Source: Yuukianura sp. NJ FZ-2021 (taxonomy: Eukaryota). From it: 64,000 nucleotides of DNA. The stretch is from assembly GCA_046563655.1 (NCBI GenBank), contig CM102285.1, forward strand, positions 14,446,001-14,510,000. Reading direction: 5' to 3'. Shown here one piece after another: positions 61,101 through 64,000 of the stretch (position 1 is the first letter of the stretch; each line of letters begins with the position of its first letter). The translations under genes were made by a program, and so were the position numbers. The notes under the pieces were generated by a model. It made no database searches. It was not told the DNA's origin and saw nothing but the letters and a program-made list of their open reading frames with translations.

Positions 61101-63306
61101 TTTTCTCTTTTTGTGCATAGTGTCCGTTACGGACGTCCCTTCGATTATTCAATTTGAGAATTAATTGTTTACGATGAAGGCAGAGACGAAAAAGTACCCC
61201 CCCCCCCTATAAAAAAGTAATCGTAAGGGGTGGGGGACTTGGAACATGGGAGATCCCTTAAGAAGAAGAAGAAAATTACAATGGAAGTGAATTAAAGTGA
61301 CGCAAACAAGAAAGTGGATTTTTATTCTTTCCAATAAAAATCTCCTCTTTGGAGTAGAAATAAATCCCAGGCAAGAGCCCTTAAGTCTCTCTCCAGCCTC
61401 CTTGGATAAATCCAAGATCTTCCAAGTACCCCCGGCTACATTTCACAAAACCTTACAATGGAAGTTACTCATCCTTTGGCTAGGTTAATGCTAAGGTTAG
61501 GTCTCATCCTTAAGCTTTTAAGGTTTAAGGGCCCCCGTCCGATCCGATAAGGGAACAAATAAGGGACACTTAATCATTCTACCTCAACCTCATGTCAAAC
61601 ATCTCCCATTACTCTTTTTCTTCTAAAATTTTGGGACAGTTGGGTGCCCGGGAGTTTCAAACAGAAACCAAAAAAGGCGGGAAATCAAAAATTCAAAAAC
61701 TTTTTCAAATTCGCAAACGAAAATCAGCGCATTCCCGTACGAAAATCTAAACATTCTTGGATTTTCCACACAAAATGAAGCGTAAAACGAAAAAAACGTT
61801 CCAAAAACGTAAATGAAAATTGAAATTTTGAAACTTACCGCTATTCGTTCCCGGATTGGTGATCATGACCCAGAAGTCAATCGTTTTTTCTTGTCCAAGT
61901 TCTTCATAGTCCCACTTTTTCTTAACACGGACTGCTCCATTCGGTTCCACCGTAACCCACGGACTTTCGTCTCGAATTTTAAACGTTTCATGCTCAACTT
62001 CTTTTTTCAATTCAAAAACTACCCGCCCTTCTATCTGAGCCTCCGATTCCAGAAATTCCTTTCGAACTGTCGGCCTAACAGCTCGCGTTACCCGCCTTTT
62101 TGTAATCCGATGTTTATAGACTTCCTCTTCACGGTCATCATCATCATCTTCCAGAAGATGGTTGCCCATTTCCAGGTCTTCATCTGTGTCTCCTTCCAGG
62201 ACAAGCACAACCATACCACTAGTTGTGTCCGGTAAGACTTCCAGAATGTTGTCATCATTGACTAAACTCACATTTCCTTCGTCACTTGTCATTTCCGGAA
62301 GTACTTTGATGAATACTTGTGCAGGTTCAGTGGAGTAAAGAGCCGGTGAGTGGATATCGTGAGCTTGGACTTCCAGATGATAGTCGGTGGCTTCCGGTGG
62401 ATTGACTAACAAGATTTCTCCTGTTTGTGGCACAACGACAAACGGGTGACTACCGGAAGTTAGCCTGTAGGACACTCGATCATGGTCAGCATCCGTTGCC
62501 TTCACGATTCCAACGATCCGAAAACGTTTTGGATTCGTCACGCACGTAGAATTGCCAATTTCCCAGTGATATTCAATGGGATCAAATACAGGATGATTGT
62601 CATTTTCATTTTCAATGGTCACTTTGACCTTGACAAGGGCCGAGTCGACTCCTACTGTATCATAAGCCTTGATGACCAGACTGTACTCTTTCTTGATCTC
62701 CCGATCCAGTATTGACGTTGTATACAGTTGGATTCCTCCGGTAGACTCGTTCATGCTGACATGAAACAGGCCTTTACCGTCTCCACTGACTATTTCATAC
62801 TTCAGGAGTCGTTCCGGATCGGTACTTGGACGAAGCAGTCCCAGTCCGGTCACTTCCGTTCCGATCGGTTGATTTTCAAGAACGAATCCTTCAGAAGTAT
62901 CCTTAGGAAAAGCCAGCATCGCATGACTATCCAGTACGTACAACTGGACTGTGTAAGTCGTTGACACATTTGACTCTGGCTGGTCTTCTCGGACTAGGAG
63001 TGACACTGGATGGTCCACGAGAGTTGACAAGTTGGCAGTGGACATGAGGAGTCCTGAATTGAGGACGGTGAAATACGATGAATATTCGTTCGGTAGGAGA
63101 CGATAAACATGGCCACTGGATCCGCCTTCCAGACCGAACTTTTTGATACTGTAGCCTGGATAGATGTCATGCGGAATTCGGAGCACATTTCTCCTGACGA
63201 TGGCCAAACTAGATGATTCCGGAAGGTTAGTTAGGATGAGCACTACGAAATGGAGAAAGACGAGCCCCATTGTCCCTACTAAAACGTAGTTTGTCCGAAA
63301 GGTCAT
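25176..63306 (-). CDS. CadN: Neural cadherin (DN-cadherin type classical cadherin), complete gene with more than 45 exons
   Basis: Exon 1 (61839-63306) encodes the signal peptide, EC repeats and the processing site [10 protein letters not shown] 12.3-kb intron 1 follows, then phase-consistent exons from 49469-49504 to 25176-25288. They encode EC repeats, the non-chordate domain, EGF-LamG-EGF-LamG-EGF, the TM helix, the p120 site ([15 protein letters not shown]) and the beta-catenin site ([16 protein letters not shown]...[13 protein letters not shown]). Confidence 0.98.
26148..26392 (-). other. CadN: CadN mutually exclusive exon, 18b-like (EGF plus TM, 245 nt)
   Basis: [19 protein letters not shown]...[14 protein letters not shown]; entry phase 2 and exit phase 1, the same as the 18a-like cassette. 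Confidence 0.9.
26748..27185. mobile_element. MITE-like element with 16-bp perfect terminal inverted repeats
   Basis: gagctgggactggatt (26750-26765) is the exact reverse complement of aatccagtcccagctc (27168-27183). The interior is non-coding with ttcca-type subrepeats. Confidence 0.55.
27223..27537 (-). other. CadN: CadN mutually exclusive cassette, 18a-like (EGF plus TM), split into exons 27398-27537 and 27223-27324
   Basis: [29 protein letters not shown]...CPPG / [33 protein letters not shown]; 140+102 = 242 nt, paralogous to 26148-26392. Confidence 0.9.
31839..31841 (-). other. CadN: CadN 3-nt microexon ACA (fourth in transcript order)
   Basis: aacag|ACA|gtaaga; restores ILVQ-DI-NDNAP between exons 31950-32022 and 31640-31753. 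Confidence 0.85.
32509..32511 (-). other. CadN: CadN 3-nt microexon ACA (third)
   Basis: aacag|ACA|gtaagt; restores VALR-DI-NDNKP between exons 32630-32670 and 32396-32415. Confidence 0.85.
32964..33059. repeat. Intronic 24-bp tandem repeat, 4 perfect copies
   Basis: agagtaaaagtaaaagtaaaatca repeated four times. Confidence 0.9.
33546..33548 (-). other. CadN: CadN 3-nt microexon ACA (second)
   Basis: aacag|ACA|gtaaga; restores IRVK-DI-NDMPP between exons 33653-33682 and 33152-33464. Confidence 0.85.
34134..34136 (-). other. CadN: CadN 3-nt microexon ACA (first)
   Basis: tacag|ACA|gtaaga; restores VNLK-DI-NDNAP between exons 34270-34384 and 33749-34051. Confidence 0.85.
34738..34902 (-). other. 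CadN: CadN mutually exclusive exon, 13b-like (165 nt)
   Basis: [55 protein letters not shown], phase 0-0. Confidence 0.9.
36197..36441 (-). other. CadN: CadN mutually exclusive cassette, 13a-like, split into exons 36372-36441 and 36197-36291
   Basis: [23 protein letters not shown] / [32 protein letters not shown]; 70+95 = 165 nt, exactly the length of the paralogous exon 34738-34902. Confidence 0.9.
37385..37760. repeat. Degenerate intronic minisatellite, about 30-33-bp unit
   Basis: About 10 recurring units of aaactcctt-acttttcaga(a/c)attct. Confidence 0.75.
39180..39437. repeat. Intronic minisatellite, about 21-bp unit
   Basis: About 12 recurring gtggagggagtaactatgcta-like units. Confidence 0.85.
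42530..42720 (-). other. CadN: CadN mutually exclusive exon, 7b-like (191 nt)
   Basis: [39 protein letters not shown]...VKA, phase 0-2. Confidence 0.92.
43387..43577 (-). other. CadN: CadN mutually exclusive exon, 7a-like (191 nt)
   Basis: [39 protein letters not shown]...VKA; same length and phases as 42530-42720, so including both would shift the frame. Confidence 0.92.
45001..45019 (-). other. CadN: CadN 19-nt small exon (PLFDRQ), required to keep the frame
   Basis: tttcag|ACCACTATTTGACCGCCAG|gtaaag joins DVNDNP to KYVENV. Confidence 0.9.
48707..49144. mobile_element. Putative MITE-like repeat with ggaac/gttcc subrepeats
   Basis: The ends taggggtgtgaaagttccgttcc and ggaactggaaccttcccacta are imperfect inverted repeats. 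Many internal ggaacggaac units; acccgtcat occurs on both flanks. Confidence 0.45.
55601..56265 (+). CDS. Small secreted protein (150 aa), ricin-B/beta-trefoil-like, nested antisense in CadN intron 1
   Basis: Exons 55601-55732, 55817-55922, 55985-56117 and 56184-56265 are all GT-AG and phase-consistent (453 nt). Signal peptide followed by [14 protein letters not shown]...[20 protein letters not shown] and MKW. Confidence 0.75.
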
Positions 63307-64000
63307 TGCCAATCACTGCACTTCACTTGATTCCGTCCAGAATCAGTTCTGTTTTATACCTGTAAGTTATAAAAAGAAAGGCATTTTAGATAAAAATAGA
63401 CACTGACGAAAAAAAGTCGGAGGGATAGCATCTCTGGATCTTCGAGACGGAAAATGCAATAAGCTCTTGAGATTCCAAGAAGAAGAAAAAAATCGTCGGA
63501 GATTGACTGTTGTTTGGTCGAGGAAGTTCTGAGTTTGGTATAACCCGACTTCCTGGAACAAACTTTTAGCTCGTGCGTATATGAACATCCGAAAACCCCG
63601 AAATACCCGGATCCAACCGAAAGCAAAGGGCTCCCCTGGAAAACTTTGGATTCCACCCGGAACATGACATGCGTGCGGAAGTAGAACGCAAGTTACATTC
63701 GGAAACTATGGTTGGATATAGCCAAGTCACTGCATCCCCCAAAAAGTCCAAAGAAAATGAATAAAAATGTCACTTTGGCACGGTGCGAACCGTCACGGTG
63801 CAAACCGTCGTACTATGCTATTGTTACCTTGTAATTTTATTATTATGATGGATTACGCACGTCACGGTGTGCCATTTCGTGCTAAATGTCAACGGTTATG
63901 TTAAATTTTAAACAAGACTATATCAATTACCATCCCACAAATCGATTACAACGTTGTGTAATCGAATATATCGTTGTGTAATCGTTTTCGATTGAGGTAA

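Noticed and set aside
61813..62964. Antisense ORFs over CadN exon 1, and the many 60-170-aa ORFs in introns
   Set aside because: They are shadow frames of real exons or low-complexity K/F/N-rich translations of AT-rich introns.

Overview
Eukaryotic, AT-rich, intron-dense animal DNA, most likely a non-dipteran arthropod judging by its DN-cadherin-type gene. There is no prokaryotic, CRISPR, rRNA or tRNA content. The left 23.5 kb holds a compact gene cluster: a Plexus/GSE1-like gene (-), a strongly divergent SLC6 transporter (+), a Lys/Arg-rich unknown ORF (+) that may be spliced onto the SLC6, AHI1/Jouberin (-) with an RFX X-box, and an orphan secreted Cys-rich protein (+). The remaining 38 kb (25176-63306, -) is a complete neural N-cadherin (CadN) gene, reconstructed exon by exon, with a small beta-trefoil-like secreted gene nested antisense in intron 1. 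The main result is a layered splicing system in CadN. (i) Four identical 3-nt microexons (cag|ACA|gtaag) sit at four consecutive Ca2+-binding linkers: inclusion gives DIND, skipping gives VND and removes an acidic ligand in frame. (ii) There are three mutually exclusive exon pairs, and in two of them the upstream alternative is itself split by an intron. (iii) Long-range intronic stems loop out the downstream alternative of each pair, and one of them buries a UGCAUG. All gene models come from manual reading of splice signals and remembered protein motifs; no searches or folding programs were run.
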